A stretch of DNA of 64,000 nt from Octopus sinensis (GCF_006345805.1 NC_043008.1:25420001-25484000); one strand, 5' to 3'; shown: positions 1 through 13,865, numbered from the stretch's first letter. Numbers and translations are program-made. Notes: generated by a model from the letters alone, not told the origin.

Positions 1-66
1 GCAAAGGGCGAAATACCACTAAGCATTTCGTCCAGTGTGCTAACAATTCTGCCTGTTTGCTGCCTT
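1..66 (-). mobile_element. SINE family A fragment (head, cut by window edge)
   Basis: Reverse complement matches the AAGGCGGTGAGCTGGCAGAA...TTAGC...AAATGCTTAG head seen at 10274, 16024 and 16226. Confidence 0.6.
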
Positions 67-360
67 AATATATATAGTAATAATAATAATCCTTGGATGG
101 AATTTATAAATATTTTAATGCATTGCTACACACGTTTCCTCATATCATGTGTCCCATAATACAATAGTCTGTATTCCTGGGGTGATTACAGTACAGTTCG
201 TAGTATCCATGGACATTAGGTAGATCATGTTCATGCATTTATTTCTTCAGGCAATATCACATTAATGAATAGGAACTTTTACATGCATATTCAAAATGTT
301 TCCCATAAACAAACTTAAAGGATATATACATAATGTGTGTGTGTATGTATGTTTATACAT

Positions 361-460
361 AGGTGCAGGTATGACTGTTGTGAAGTTTGCTTTGCTATCA
401 TGTGATTCTGGATTCATTCTCATTGCATGACAAATGAAGCATGTATCTTCCACTCTAGCA
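361..460 (+). mobile_element. Degenerate SINE family B head
   Basis: GGTGCAGGTATGACTGTTGTG...GGATTCATTCTCATTGCATG...GTATCTTCCACTCTAGC resembles the head of the copy at 50067. Confidence 0.4.
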
Positions 461-1829
461 CCGAATTGGCTGGTATTTACTGGGCTAAATTTTGTTACAC
501 CTTTGTTACACTTGGCTGATGAAAAACTATAAAGGAGAATGCAGAGAACATGTATGCATGTCTCTGCATAAATGTATGTATAAACAAATTGAATAAAGCA
601 TTACTATGTTTTTTTCCTCATAATTTTTTTAATGAATCCACTTTTGATATAAAAGCTTCCATTTATTGAGAGACCACTGTTGTGGTTTTTGTTAGCAACT
701 TTAAAACATTGATTTTGCATAATGGACTTGTTAATTTAAATATTAAACTATTAATAAAGATTATTGTTTCTATGCCAGCTGTTGCACATGAATAATAATG
801 TCATCAACTGATAATATAGGTTATGTAAATTGGTTTTACTATAAAATAGTTCACAAACTCATTTCCTTTTGATGGAAGCCATGTTATCTTTCATATATTT
901 CTGGACAAAATTAGATATGTAAATATGTTTCTGTTTTTATTAACTTAATAAAATAGTCAGAATAAGAAGGGTACAGTCTATAAAATTTTAGGCTTCTCTA
1001 GGCTGCTATGATAAATGTAGTTTATATTCAATTTGAAGTTCTGTATGTCAGTAACTAGGAGTAAAACTTTTGTAGGGAGAGATTATTAACACCCAATGTC
1101 CTAAATAGGACAGTGGAACATATAAGAAGTCATAAATATGCTCCTAAAAAGTGAATAGTTTTTATAGCTTTGATCATAAGTGTACTTGGTCAAATTTGAA
1201 TTGGGAATAAGCAGCAACAAATTTGATAAAAAAGATATTTCAGAACGTTGCAGTCAGGGAAAGAATCATTGAGTAAAGTGTTTAATGCAGGCTGTGGTAG
1301 GTAAAACAGAGTATGAATGAAAAGAAGAGGAAAAGCCTGTTCATTGGGTGGACTGGTGTGGGAAGTGGTATGCAGAGGAGCAAAATCTATAGCAGTAGCA
1401 ATAGGAGAGACAGAGTGAAAAAATAGCCAATTGCTGTATCTTGTTAGTGCACTACTTATTCAACTGGAAATACTAATTTCTGTTTAGGGAATATTTGTGA
1501 TTTTAATAACATTTTACATTGTTCTATTCAACTATTATTAATCACTAAAAATATTGCTGTGGGTTTTTGTAAAAATACATTATACATATATGCACAAAAA
1601 TAACCAGACTATTCAATTTAGCTCAAAAAGTATATACAAAAAAGAAGACATGAAAGGGTAGAACATTATTTATTCTTCTCCTAGCCATATTATAGCATTA
1701 TTTGTTGAAAGCTGGAAATTTTGATTCAAAGTATGTGAGAATTCATATCAAAAGAAATTGTTGTTATTAAAAATTATTATTGTAATGTACTATGGCATTT
1801 CTTAGTACAAACTTTTATATGTTAGCAGA

Positions 1830-2720
1830 ATTGAATGGAAGATTGAAAAATATTCAGGAGACTGATGGTCTTAATTTTATGTAATGGATGGAAAAGTTGT
1901 GGTGTGAAATGCATGTGCTGACATTTGTCAGTGTTCTGAACTATAAGAAGAAAATATGCTGGTAATTGATATTCAGTGGAGAAGATGTGCAATTGGTAGT
2001 GCAAACTGTTAATTCTGCTAAAGCAAAGAAGCAGGAGTGCCATGGTATTGTACAAGAGAGCGGACAGATAAATAGAACACCTCTCATTCTGTAAGTTAGA
2101 ATCAGTAAAGATACAAATGAACGTATATGAAAAGATAGAGAATGTTAAAGCCAGTCTAGACTGCAATGGATCTCATTAAAGTGATTTGGAACACTAAAAT
2201 GGGAGGTGAGATGTTTCTGTGATCTTGCATGGTTTCATCAAACACTGAACAAATACTTTCTAAAATGGCCAGCTAATATGTGACTGGTATTTTCTATTTA
2301 CAGACCTGGATAAGTTAAGTTTTTGGTGAGAGGTCGAAAAAATAACTGATGTCATGAATAATGGTGGGTAGGTTACTTCAAAGGGTTAGAAGTTAGTCAA
2401 GCTATTTTAATGCAATGTTAGTGGACAGGTACATGCAAAAAAATAGGATGAGCAGGGTTGTTAGTGAGGAAAAAGATCATGATAGTATGTGGAATGCAGA
2501 TGATGAAGTTTGTGGTGGGATGACAAAGGAATTAGTTTAGCATATGGCAGAGGACATGGAATATTGGTTGTAGGACAATTTGAAGTTGAACAAGGTCCGG
2601 CACAACACTAGCTCTGTTCTTGTTGGCTGGTTTCAAGTTGGTGTCTTGTTGATTTTGAAGGTAGATGGCTGGGTGCACATACTTCTCATTGGCTGATGTT
2701 TGTTTAGGTGTCTTAAATGG
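1830..2720 (+). mobile_element. Highly degenerate RTE-like LINE 3' remnant (approximate)
   Basis: Purine-rich; 2480-2580 translates to residues resembling the RTE C-terminal TW..GxTKELA...W motif; many stops. Confidence 0.3.
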
Positions 2721-3284
2721 AAGCCAAAGAAGTCCATATTATTATCTCATAAACTCTCAAACAGATGAAGAATATTAAGCTATGCTAGTGGAATTGGTTA
2801 AAGCCATATTGGTTAAGTAATTGGTATAGCAGGGCTTAGTCTGTCTGTTAAGGAATGCATGAAGCATGTTTTGGAGTTCTATTTTCTTTTACCTCCTTTC
2901 TAGTTACTATTTTTATCCATGGCATTTTCCATATGTAACTTCAGGTTTATACTGTTGTTTTGCTTCTAGTCTTGTTTAGATCTAGTGCATTCTGGATAAA
3001 GGAAAGCAAATCTACAGCCTATTGTATGCCTTATCTATGATTATCTTGCACATAACTCAAAAATAGTGCATCAATGAACATGTAAAGCAATTTGTTTGCT
3101 CAAATAATTCCCATAATATGATTCAACAGAAATTTGCCCGCGGATTCTTAGCAGATTAGTTAAATACACAATGGCTTCCTAAATATGTGCTTGTGAGGGA
3201 GATAGCCATTAACACCAACAGCTCAAATATTCGTTTGTCTGTCTGTGTGTCTCTCTTTCATTCTCCCTCCCTTTTTAGCGATTG

Positions 3285-3450
3285 CTTGTACAGTTTCCTT
3301 GAAACCAGATCTGGTAGAGATTTACTGTCTTATATAATCCACCAGTTGGATTTTGCTTAAAGAATTTTAATGAAAGCACTCAACATCAGCAAAGCTTTCA
3401 AGGACACTCTACAATGCTCATCTGAAGCCTTCAGTGGATAATAGGTTCCA
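3285..3450 (+). mobile_element. CR1/Jockey-like LINE RT fragment
   Basis: YSFLETRSGRDLLSYIIHQLDFA*RILMKALNISKAF matches the non-LTR RT pattern QYGFR..RST.DLL....ALDISKAFD. Confidence 0.55.
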
Positions 3451-3682
3451 CATATGTGATAGTGCATCTGGTGTACACTTCTTAGACTGGAGCTAGAGAA
3501 AGGTCACTTGGCTGATTCACTTGAAATCACTCACAGACATACCTGAACCTTTGACCAACAAGCATTTGGGTGTAGTGAAAAATGCAACTTTCATAACCGG
3601 TAACCAAGAATCAATATTTTTTTGTGAATTAGGGTTAAAAGAAAGGTGTATGAAGAACTTTGCAGTTAAATATCTTTTGCAG

Positions 3683-3752
3683 GGTCCGCAATGCCATTGG
3701 AAATTTTAAATATCCCTATTTTTGGTCGAATTTTGGATTTCATGGATTATAA
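3683..3752 (+). CDS. Candidate terminal coding exon with CHAT-domain-like C-terminal motif
   Basis: Acceptor aaatatcttttgcAG (3681-82). Phase-2 frame gives VRNAIGNFKYPYFWSNFGFHGL*, with the P-Y-F-W-x-x-F-x-x-x-G pattern. In-frame stop just upstream of the acceptor. Confidence 0.35.
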
Positions 3753-5079
3753 GTTGTAATGAATACATACTTCTACATAGCAGAATGCAAAACAGTAGAT
3801 ATAGTATCCTTAAGAGGTTGCATACCAAGTTGAGGTTCTGCATTGACTTTAAAGAGAATGGGAGTGTGAACTTCTCTCCAGTGTCGCTGCAATGGTCATT
3901 GTGTGTGAATATACATCATGTGTATGTGAAGCTTTTTGCTTTCTACCTTGACTTAGGCTGCTGGATTAAAATTAAGGATTGTGTTAAATTTAGTGTTGTT
4001 TACATTTAATGATGACTCATAAGCCAATAACATGTCATAATACTGAATACCCAATATTTGGTACTCCATGTAATCTTAGCAAGTGAGTTTTACTAACTCA
4101 CAAAGACGTACTAAAATGTGTTTTATTTGACTGAGTAAAAGAAAAGAATGTAGTTAAGAAAGATCCTTCAATTAAACAAATGTCAAGACTGTAGCAAAAA
4201 GATCATTCTTCTTTGGTAAAAGGCATCCATCCCTTGTGTTACAAATGAGTCAGTTAAACCAAAAACCTTAAACTTTTATCTAAAGTACCAAATATTATCT
4301 GTACAAAATAGAAAAAATGTGCCATCGTTTTAAATAAAGTGTAATGTGTTTAAAAACAATGAAACCAAAACTTTATTTGACATTTCCTGTTGCAAGTGCA
4401 AACAATTAGCATTATGTCATTTTAGGAATTTCCAAAACAAAAAATCTTTGACTATTCCATTCTTTATTTGAGAGTGAGATGCTAATTGTTCCTGGAACAA
4501 AAAGGATTGCACTACAACGATACGTATTATTTAGTTACATGGAATTATTTCAAATAAATTGGAAATGTTAATTATTTTTATTACCAAAATGTGCCAAAAA
4601 TCAAAAACTAGTTTACATGTAATTTTATTTTAATGTGTGTGTAATCTAGACCTCTTGTAACACATATAGTCAGTCACCTAGCATTAAAAATAATAAAGGA
4701 AGCAAAGTCAAAAAGTCTATTTATTTCACATAATTTCAAAATTTCAAGTGTGTTGTAGAGCCTGAGATATACATCTTAGAGCTTGAGATTTTAACACTTT
4801 TGTTTTAAAAGGATTTTACAAAAGAAATTTGATTCATAACAATGAATGTAAAAAATAAAATGAGGAACAGCAAGTATGTTATAAATTGATTCTTCACTCG
4901 TTATTCAAAATTTCAAGTGGGCTGCGGAACCTAAAGATGTAAATTTAAGAACTTCAGATTCTAGCACAATTGTTTCTAAAGGATTTCACAATCAAAAATA
5001 TATTCTTAAAAACATATTTCAAAAATCTGCGTAAAATGTATTTTTCCCCTCCACCCTAACAAACGTGCTGTCTTCTCTT

Positions 5080-5330
5080 TCTGCCTTCTGTACTGTTACT
5101 AGAATAATCTCTGCTTCTTGGTGCTGCTGATCTTGTTTAGCTTCCATTCAGACACTTTCAACCCTCTTGTGTCCCCTCCAGTTATAACTCATGTTGTGTC
5201 CAATTTCCAAGCCCCTCACTAACCATTATACCTAGTCCTTTCTTTACAGAATGTTCCTTCTCTGGAATTTCCTCCTAGCTCATACTTTCTGCAAATGTTA
5301 AATTACAACTGTTTATATGGAATATTAATG
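5080..5330 (+). mobile_element. CR1-like LINE 3' remnant (approximate)
   Basis: HYT*SFLYRMFLLWNFLL resembles the CR1/Jockey-type C-terminal SFF.RT..LWN.LP motif. Confidence 0.4.
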
Positions 5331-7148
5331 TTATCAACAGCATCAGTCTTAGGGGGTCCTACAAAGACTGCTCCTTCCTTCAGACTCAGCAAGTAAAAAA
5401 TGAAATATTAGAACAAAATTGATTATTTATTTTATCCCTACTAAGCTGCATGCCCCATGTAATCTGCCAGATAGCAAAATGATGAATATTTGTTAGTTGA
5501 AGAATCACATGTGGTGAGAAGTGCTGGGTAATGGTGGAATGAATTTTCAGTTCAAATCAATAGACTCTAATTTCATATATTTAGCACTTTTTCCTATTTG
5601 TTTACCAAACACACAAATAAATAAATATATAATGCTAATTTTCTCTTCAATATGTGCATCTACTTGAAAAATAAAGCTTTTTTTCGAATTTAATTCATCA
5701 AGATGTATAAACATATCTAAAAGTTTCTTAAACATTCCTCTATCATTTATGTCACAAAAGCCTTCAATGAAATGGGAACTATAGTGGAAATTTATGATGT
5801 TTATCTTTTCAGACATTTTGAAAATCCAATAAGTTATTGTTCAAAAGCATGGAGATATATATTCTGTAGGGACAGTGCAGAATTCTATCAGCTTTTAATA
5901 TTTATTATTTTATGACCACATTTCAATATTGAAATCAAGTGTGCTATCAAAGAATTTCTTACTTTTAGGGAATTTTAAAAACTTATTTTATCATACTAAT
6001 TCCTTGTTCAATATTCCAATCCATTTGTTGCTTGGCATTTTCAGATATTTAGATCTTAATGATATGATGAATAGATCTTAATGATGTGATGCATATAGAA
6101 GTGAGAGTTGCCAATTTTGTTATTCTTTAAATTGCTTTGTCAGTTACTTTTCAAGTACCTCCAAAAGATGGGAAAATTTTTTCATGACACTCCTATTCAT
6201 GATAAGTTTTCTGGATATTCTAAAAAGGTAGTTTAATGCAAAGGTGCATACTATTAGTTCTAGATGCAAAAATGATAGTTAATCTGTCTCTTCAGTAATT
6301 TCAAATATGTGATACAAGATTTTTATAAGTTTGTGGCTAAACTGAAGATTTACAGACATATTTAAAAATCCTACAGCATTTATTGTTTTAATAATTTAAA
6401 TACATGAAATTGTTTAACTTTTTGCTTGTCTGAATGTATGATGAAAACATCTACAAATGGTGACATAAATCTAAATTTAAAGCAAAGCATTTCAGGTAAC
6501 TTGATGTTATCTGTTTTGTTTTGATTGTAATTGAGCATTTAAATAAAAGTAAATTAAATTGCAATGAAGGCTTTAAAATGTAATTTATTGAGTTAAAAAT
6601 AATGTGAATTATGATAATTTATGTGCTTGAATTGTTTAAATCAGCAAAACATTTAGATTATTATTGAGATTTTGATGAAGTATACAATGTTAAAAAAAAA
6701 TCAAGAGGCAAAATTAACACATTTTAAGATATCTTAACATGAAATTATTAAATCATTTTAGAAATTATACTTACATTTCATGCTGTAAGATATAAACGCT
6801 CTTGTCTACAGACAATTGACATATTACAATTCTGCAAGGGAGTACATTCTGACGTTTGAAACTTTAGAAGGTATTTTTAAGATATCAGAAATGATGCAAA
6901 CCTTTTAAATCTAGTGAAACAGAACTTTCAAAAATCTATTATTGGAATATAGAAGTTGAAATCATTCTGCAAGTGTTGCTCACTTTAGGAATAGTTGAAC
7001 ATTTCCAAAAGAAAATAATGATTTAGTTCTAACTTTCATATTCACTGGAAATATTTCTCTTATCTCTTATTTGCATGCTCCTTGTTAAAATTAGTAACAA
7101 AAGGAGAAAAATGAAGATAAAACAATACAGAAGTAACAAAGAGATATT

Positions 7149-8123
7149 TATGAGGGTGAGCTGAAAAGTTCATAGGCATGAAGGAGTGATGCTAGAACTG
7201 TGAAGTCTTGCATACATTAATTTCAACCCTTTATTAATAAGGTAAACTGAATTCTTACTGTTCAAAGAATACTTTAAAAGTAACTAGTAGTGACTTCTCT
7301 TGAAAATGGATAAAAGTTTGCATTTTGGTCTGATCAAGAACCTGAAGTAAAATGGTTTGGCCCCTAAGGACATTTATTCTGACATGGTTTGCTACATAAG
7401 AGGATGACACTCCAGCTTTATGAGCAGCACAAAAGCAGACAGCTAAATTTAAGAGGGGAAAAGAAAGTGATGAAAACTACCCAAGATCAGGTGTCAGCAC
7501 CAAGAGAAACATTGATTGTGTCCACCACAATAAGTCAAAAGGGCAATGCTATTAGCATATCTCTTGAGAGAGTTGAGAATATTCTGAACAATGAACTTGT
7601 CATGATGAAGGTCTCTACCCATTGTATCATGTCTTCTGACACCTGATCAAAAGCACATCAGGTTGATCATATCACAGGAACATCTAACATTGTTTGAGGC
7701 AGATCCAGCTGGTTTCTTTGAATGTTTTCTAACCAAGGATAAATGTCAACTTCATCACTTTGAGCCAGAGAGAAAGAGCCAATCCATGCAGTGGAAACAC
7801 CTCTACTCACTTGCTCCAAAGAAGGCCAAGGTCTTTTCATCTGCAGAGAAGGTGATGACCTCGATTTTCTGGGATGCAAAAGGCATTGTGTTTTTTGACT
7901 ATCTTCAGAAGGGTCACACCATTAATGGAGAGTACTACGCCAACTTGCTGAAGCAGATAGGAAAAGCTATAAAGATCAAACTCCCAGGAAAACTGACAAA
8001 AGGTGTTTTGTTTCAATGGCTGCTGTGTGTGACTGTGGTTTTGAACTGGTTGATTACCCTCTTTATTTTCCTGATTTGAAGAATATCTTGGTCAGCCAAT
8101 GAACTTTCCAGCTGAACCTTGTA
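7149..8123 (+). mobile_element. Internally deleted mariner with both TIRs and TA flanks
   Basis: 5' TA-TGAGGGTGAGCTGAAAAGTTCA and 3' end (reverse complement) TA-CAAGGTTCAGCTGGAAAGTTCA. ORF 7663-8079 has KKAKVFSSAEKVMTSIFWDAKGI...TINGEYYANLL. A YSPDL-like YFPDL lies near 8065; the HQDNA..H region is deleted. Confidence 0.9.
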
Positions 8124-10273
8124 GTCTTATACTTCTCTTTTAAAATGATTTTATTCCCATGTAAAGAGATTATTTCAGGACTGTATACTATTCCATATAG
8201 CAAGACAGAAATAAAAAGTAGGTGGAAATCAAAGTGTTCAGCCAATATTTCTATCACATGAATTAGCTTGTGTGCATGTGACTGCTCACCAGTAAAAGAA
8301 AAATGTAGTGCCAGTTCCAATGCTGATCCTTAATGACAAAACTTCCATATTTTCCATTATGAAGCAAGTCACAGATGTATAGTCTGGACTTACAGGGATT
8401 TGAAAAGAGACTGATACAGAAAGAAACATAGAAATCAAGGTATTTATTAGTGTTGGCCATAATTAGGTTCTGATATATCAGCTAATTCTTATTTTAAGTG
8501 TAACATTAACATGTTGGACATTTAGATAGGGGAGCTACAAAATTCAGCACAAAATGTGTTTTGTAATATCTATAGCTGCATTGCAGTATATTATTCTGAC
8601 AGGCATTGTCAGTGATTGTTTTGAATAAGAAGACAATAATTAAGATTAGGATAAGATTAGGTGGTTGAAACCTGGTATAAGCTTGATATTTGATTGCTTC
8701 AGTCACATAAGATTAAATGATATCATTTGTTTATTTAGTCTTTTATTCTACAAAGTTAATAAAATTACAATAAGTTATTATTCTGCTGTGTCAATCATGT
8801 AGTTCATCACTGATATCTGATATATAGCTTCCAATGTTATTAGGCCTATATAACAGTCATAATGTTTTAAAACCCTGATAGGTTTTGCTATAAATTGCCT
8901 GAGAATTAGATAAAAAAAAAAGAAAAGAAAAACGTGCTGAAAACTCTCATAATTAGACCTAGAGAGTTCTCCTTTGCAATAATCAATAACATTTTATTTC
9001 TAAGAGCAGAGATTTGCAATAAATCACTTATTTATATTAATAGTTTAATAAAAATTTAAGCTCCTTACTATATAAGACTTTCAGCCTCTGTAATTTAAGA
9101 AATGTAAATTTGCCCTGAACAAGGCTGCAGCTTATAGGTTAATGGTATAATGAATTGATGGTACTTATTTTACATACTTTAGTTTGCTTTCCTTTTAGTC
9201 AGTGAAATATGTACTGATAATATACAATGTTAATTTTATCAACTTAACCCTGTAGTCTAAACAGTAGTTTTATACAAAACTAAATTAAATCAATAATTCA
9301 CATGCTGGGATCTAAGTGGAAACAATAGAATTCCAAATTTTTTTTTACTTTATTAATTAGCTAAAAGAGGAATGTCTTTCTAGATACATTTAGACTGGTG
9401 TCATAGATAACTACTTGAGTTGTTGTTAATACTTCAGTGTGTACTGTTGCAGAGTTATTGTTTAAGTTTAGTGCTTGTATGTATAGTTGGATAGAAGAGC
9501 AAGAATGGGTAGAATGTTTTAGATTTGTGTATATCTGGTAAAGAAAACTAAGAGACAGTAGAATAGTTGAGAGAGGGCAGTGGTTGTAACAAATGTTTTA
9601 AGTAAGATAAAGAAGAATTGATATAGAAAAGAGCAGAAATAGTTGCTGCAGTGATGGAAGAAACGCAATTAAAACTTGTCCAATAGTGTTGCATCTGCTT
9701 GTTCACTTCTCCAGCCCAACAATAATGTTCATATATTTACTATTGCCAAATAGTTACACAGTAATGCCAGATTAACAAAACTGTCTATCTTCTATTATTT
9801 ACAAACATTGCACTCCCAAGCTGTCTTCTATCTTCAACAAACTATCAAATCTAATTTTATGAACATCTACATCAAACTACCAGAAAATACAACAATATGT
9901 CATCTACAAGAATGGTATTCTCTCTAAATCTGCCAAATACTAACTCTTCACCATCATTTTCAACATTAAAGAGATCACATTTGTTCTTACATATATTCTT
10001 TTCAGTGGCCATTAATATGGTTACTACTGAGGCAGATTTCTTTGTGTTACACATCATTTGTCTCTCAATTTTAAGAAATTTGACAAACTAAAATGTTTTT
10101 GTAAAAGCTTCAGTTATGTGTTTCATACTAAGAATGTTAATGAAAACAGTTCCTTCCTGTAAGCTGTATATATCTCTCCTATTTTGTTTTGAAACTTTTC
10201 TGTCAAGTCAATTGATTATATTGTTAATACACGTAGTTAATATATCATGTAATTAATATACCTAGTCAATACA

Positions 10274-10490
10274 AAGGTGGTGAGCTGGCAGAACTGTTAG
10301 CAGTTCAGGCAAAAGACTTAGCAACACTTTGTCTGTCTTTTTGTTCTGAGTTCAGATTCCACTGAGGTCACCTTGCCTTTCATCCTTTCAGGGTCGATAA
10401 AATAAGTACCAGTGGCATACTAGGGTTGATGTAATTGACTTTCCACCTCCCCACAAATTATTGGATTTGTGCTAAAATTTGAAATCAGTA
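10274..10490 (+). mobile_element. SINE family A, near full length
   Basis: AAGGTGGTGAGCTGGCAG head, GTTCAGATTCC B-box-like motif, TTTCAGGGTCGATAAAATAAGTACCAG body; many copies in the window. Confidence 0.85.
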
Positions 10491-10539
10491 TATCTCGTCA
10501 GTACATCAAATAGCTAGTACATCAAGTTAATCAAAGAAT

Positions 10540-10772
10540 CAAAGGTCCTTCCTGAGCCACACGCTTGTAAGTTCAGTTCACTGGCTTCTGTGGAATATAT
10601 TTTCTCCCACTCCTTGATGGCATGCCAGTCCATCACAGGATACTCATTTTCGCCAGATGAGTGGACTGGAGCAGCATGAAATGAAGTATTTTGCTCAAGA
10701 ACACACTGCATTTCCCATTCCAGCAATTGAAACCATATGCAACACTCTACCCACTAAGCCATGTACCTCTAC
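10540..10772 (-). mobile_element. Degenerate SINE, related to family C
   Basis: Reverse complement starts with a tRNA-like TAGAGGTACATGGCTTAGTGGGTAGAGTGTTG...GGTTTCAATTGC. Confidence 0.55.
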
Positions 10773-10854
10773 CATCAAGGTAATACATCATACCGATAAT
10801 ACATCAAGTAAATAAATCATATAGTGCATCAGAAAATTATTCCTCATAGTATTG

Positions 10855-11045
10855 GCTCCAAATTTTGGTACAAGGCCAGCAATTTCGGGATTGGAGGTAA
10901 GTTAATTTCACTGACCTCCAGTGTTCAACTGGTACATCGACCTGAAAGGATGAAAAGCAAAGTTGACTTTGGCAGAATTTGAACTCAGAATGTCACTCAA
11001 AATTTTTGTCCAGCTTGTTAATGATTCTGCCACCTCATTGCCATG
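10855..11045 (-). mobile_element. SINE family A
   Basis: Reverse complement aligns with the 10274 copy; the two form an inverted pair. Confidence 0.8.
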
Positions 11046-11399
11046 AATCCTCCTAACATTAAATTTGGTATTCTGTAGAATTTAGTTATATAGTGTGGCC
11101 TATACGTTGCACAGGATAAAAAAAATTCTTTCTAATTGTGTTAATAATTTTGAGTAATTGATTTTTCTTAAATTCTTATGCTATCCTGGTGGCCCATTCT
11201 GTATCAACCCCACACTCTTCTTCCTGAATTATTTTTGCTATTATCTTTAGCCAGAAACACTTGTATGAAGATAGTATCACCATTTGCTTATTATGCTGAA
11301 CTTGCCCTTCTTCTTTCAAACCATTTTCCAGTGGTAGCATGAGTCACTACTTTAAACCCATTGTTTTTCAACAAGAAATCCTGAAAAGCAATGAGTGCA

Positions 11400-11580
11400 T
11401 CTCTATGCAGACACCTGGTATGGTAAAAATAGCAGCAAGTCTTTTTCAAATGAATACAAATAGCAAAATTAAGGAGGATCGAATGATGTGGCCCTAGATT
11501 CTGATAACAATATGGGATAATCATAGCTGAAAAGCCTTTGATCATAGATTACCTCACGAATGGCCAACTTAGTGCTGTAT
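11400..11580 (+). mobile_element. Degenerate non-LTR RT remnant
   Basis: W...*KAFDHRLPHEW resembles WIDY.KAFDS.PH.W of R4/Dong-type RTs. Confidence 0.3.
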
Positions 11581-11944
11581 GACAATAACTAGTTCATAGC
11601 TGCACCAAATCCACTCCTATATCTCTACTGCATTTAATAAAATATATAATTTCCCTGAACTAACTTATATGCTATTTCACTACCCTTTTTCATTCTACTC
11701 TATCTCAGCTTGCTAATTCTAAACTTTACACTTTACTTTCTTTCCTAAAACTGTGCACCTCTGAGAACACCACACAGCCAGAATAACTTCACAGAAAGTC
11801 AAATAAAACATCAAGTGCATTGACCTTCAGCAGCTACAGTTTCACTAGTGAAGCTTCTAGACAGTCACTTTTTCTGCTAAGAATGGTGGCTAAATCTCAT
11901 TCAAATGTGATACCCAATTATCTTAAAAGGAAGAGGATATTTTA

Positions 11945-11962
11945 TATAAACGTATACACACA

Positions 11963-12022
<60 letters not shown>

Positions 12023-12035
12023 CATACATACACAT
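11945..12035. repeat. (TA)n/(TACA)n microsatellite
   Basis: Direct reading. Confidence 0.95.
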
Positions 12036-12561
12036 ATTGTCTGAAACACACAGGTTTTTCATGGTTGGCTTATGTTTCATCATAGGTCAATGGATCATGT
12101 CTGCTATATAATTTATGCAAAGATCATTTGACTGACTAGTAAAACAGAATTGTTATTGAAGGTTTATTATTCTGGTGGATTTACATTGAATTTTTTTTTT
12201 ATTTTGTTATTAGAATGTATCTGTGTAAAGGATATCTGCTACTTCAGATAGGGATCAAAACAGTTTATTTAAGCATTACAAAGAATCAGAAGATTCTGTA
12301 AGCTACAAAGCAGTATCCAACTGAATTACAATAAATGTTACATATGTTTTACATGGTTTTAAAATATATGTGATTTCTAGCAACAAATTTTTGCAAATTC
12401 TTAAAGGACTGTGGATGCCTAACTGTATTAGGGTTGTTTTTTCATTGATATTGATTTCTTTTTGTTCTCTATCTGGCCAAATTTTATTAAAAAAGTACCA
12501 GAATTAATTCAGTAAATTATTTTCCTCTAGAAAAATATATTATGTGGCTAGTGAAGATAAC

Positions 12562-13865
12562 TTCATCATCATCATCATCGCCGCCGCCGCCGCCGCCGAG
12601 AGCTGTATTTTGGTTTGGTTTCTAATGCTGGATGCCACTCCAAGTGTGTAATGGATCCCTTCTACGTGTCACAGCATGGGTGCCTTTTACGTGTCACCAT
12701 CATGGGTGCCTTAGATGTGTCACTGGCACAGTCCATGACTACAATTTCACTTGGACTGACAAGTCTTCTCAAGCACAGCTAGCTACCAATGGTCTTGATC
12801 ATTTGTCATCATCTCCATGAAACCCAACATCTCATGTCTTCCTGGGTCTACCTCTTCTACAGATTCAGCACTTCTTTACACAGTTGTTCTTATCCATATG
12901 TATCCCATGACCATACCACTGCAGTCTTCTCCCTTGCACACCACATCTGATCCCTCTTAACTCAAATTTTCTCTCAAGATGCTTACACTCTGTTGTACAT
13001 ACACACTGACATTGCACAACCAACAAAGCACACTAGTTTCATTTCTTTCAAGCCTTCACTTGTCCTATGCAGTCACAGCTCATGTTTCACTGCCGTGTAA
13101 CAATACTGTCTGCATCTTTCACTCTCAGAGAGATGTCCTTTGTTAACAACAAAGGTAGAAGAAGCTCCCTAAGGCTATTCTTATTTTATCCAGGCTATTC
13201 TTATTTTAGCAGCTACACTCTCAGAGCATCCACCTCCACTGCTGACTTGGTCACCCAGATAATAGAAGCTATCAACTACTTCTAAGTATTACCCCTGGCA
13301 TTTGATGGAGTCTATTTTCTGTGCATTTCTTGTGTTTATTGTACCAGTACTTCTGCTACACACAAAAACTATTTTCCCTGTTAACCTTCGTCTGATATTG
13401 CTGCTCCTCTTATGTGCCAATAGCTTGCATTGGGTACACCTTATTTAGTTTCTATCAATGCCTTTTTTACTTATTGAGTTGGGTCATCTCTCTGATGGAA
13501 TTTGCGATTTATCTGTTTCCTACTAAGACTTTGGTCTTTGCTAAATTAATACTAAGGCCCTTTGATTCCAGACTTTACTTCCACACTTGAAGTTTCTTTT
13601 CTAGTTCTGGTTGTGATTCAGCTATAAGAACAAGGTCATCAGCATAGAGGAGCTCCCAGGCACAGCCTGACTTCAATTCTTCTGTTATTTCCTGGAGGAC
13701 TATGATGAACAAGACAGGGCTGAGGACCGATCCTTAGTGAGCTCTTACTTGTATACTGAATTCATTGCTATACTCATTACCAATCCTCACCATACTGACA
13801 GCATCCCTGTACATGGCTTATACCACTGTCACCAACCACTCATCTATCCCTAGTTTCCTCATTGG
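12562..13865 (-). mobile_element. 5'-truncated RTE LINE remnant
   Basis: Minus strand encodes RKLGIDEWL, PGELLYADDL-type, EVVDSFYYLGD and RRLQWYGH/GRPRKT motifs. 3' tail is (GAT)n joined to (GGC)n at 12566-12598. Confidence 0.85.

Noticed and set aside
4245-4290. Minus-strand acceptor followed by IIFGTLDKSLRFLV* (WD40-like)
   Set aside because: Only 14 codons, no upstream exon identified, and it conflicts with the plus-strand candidate 3' UTR.
5547-5816. 89-aa minus ORF that looks protein-like
   Set aside because: Bounded by stops, no usable acceptor in frame, no family motif.
6144-6227. 84-nt AG/GT-bounded open frame LLFKYLQKMGKFFHDTPIHDKFSGYSKK
   Set aside because: Weak donor and no homology recognised; insufficient support.
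9872-10091. Overlapping 61- and 64-aa ORFs
   Set aside because: More simply explained as a decayed plus-strand LINE RT remnant and its antisense.
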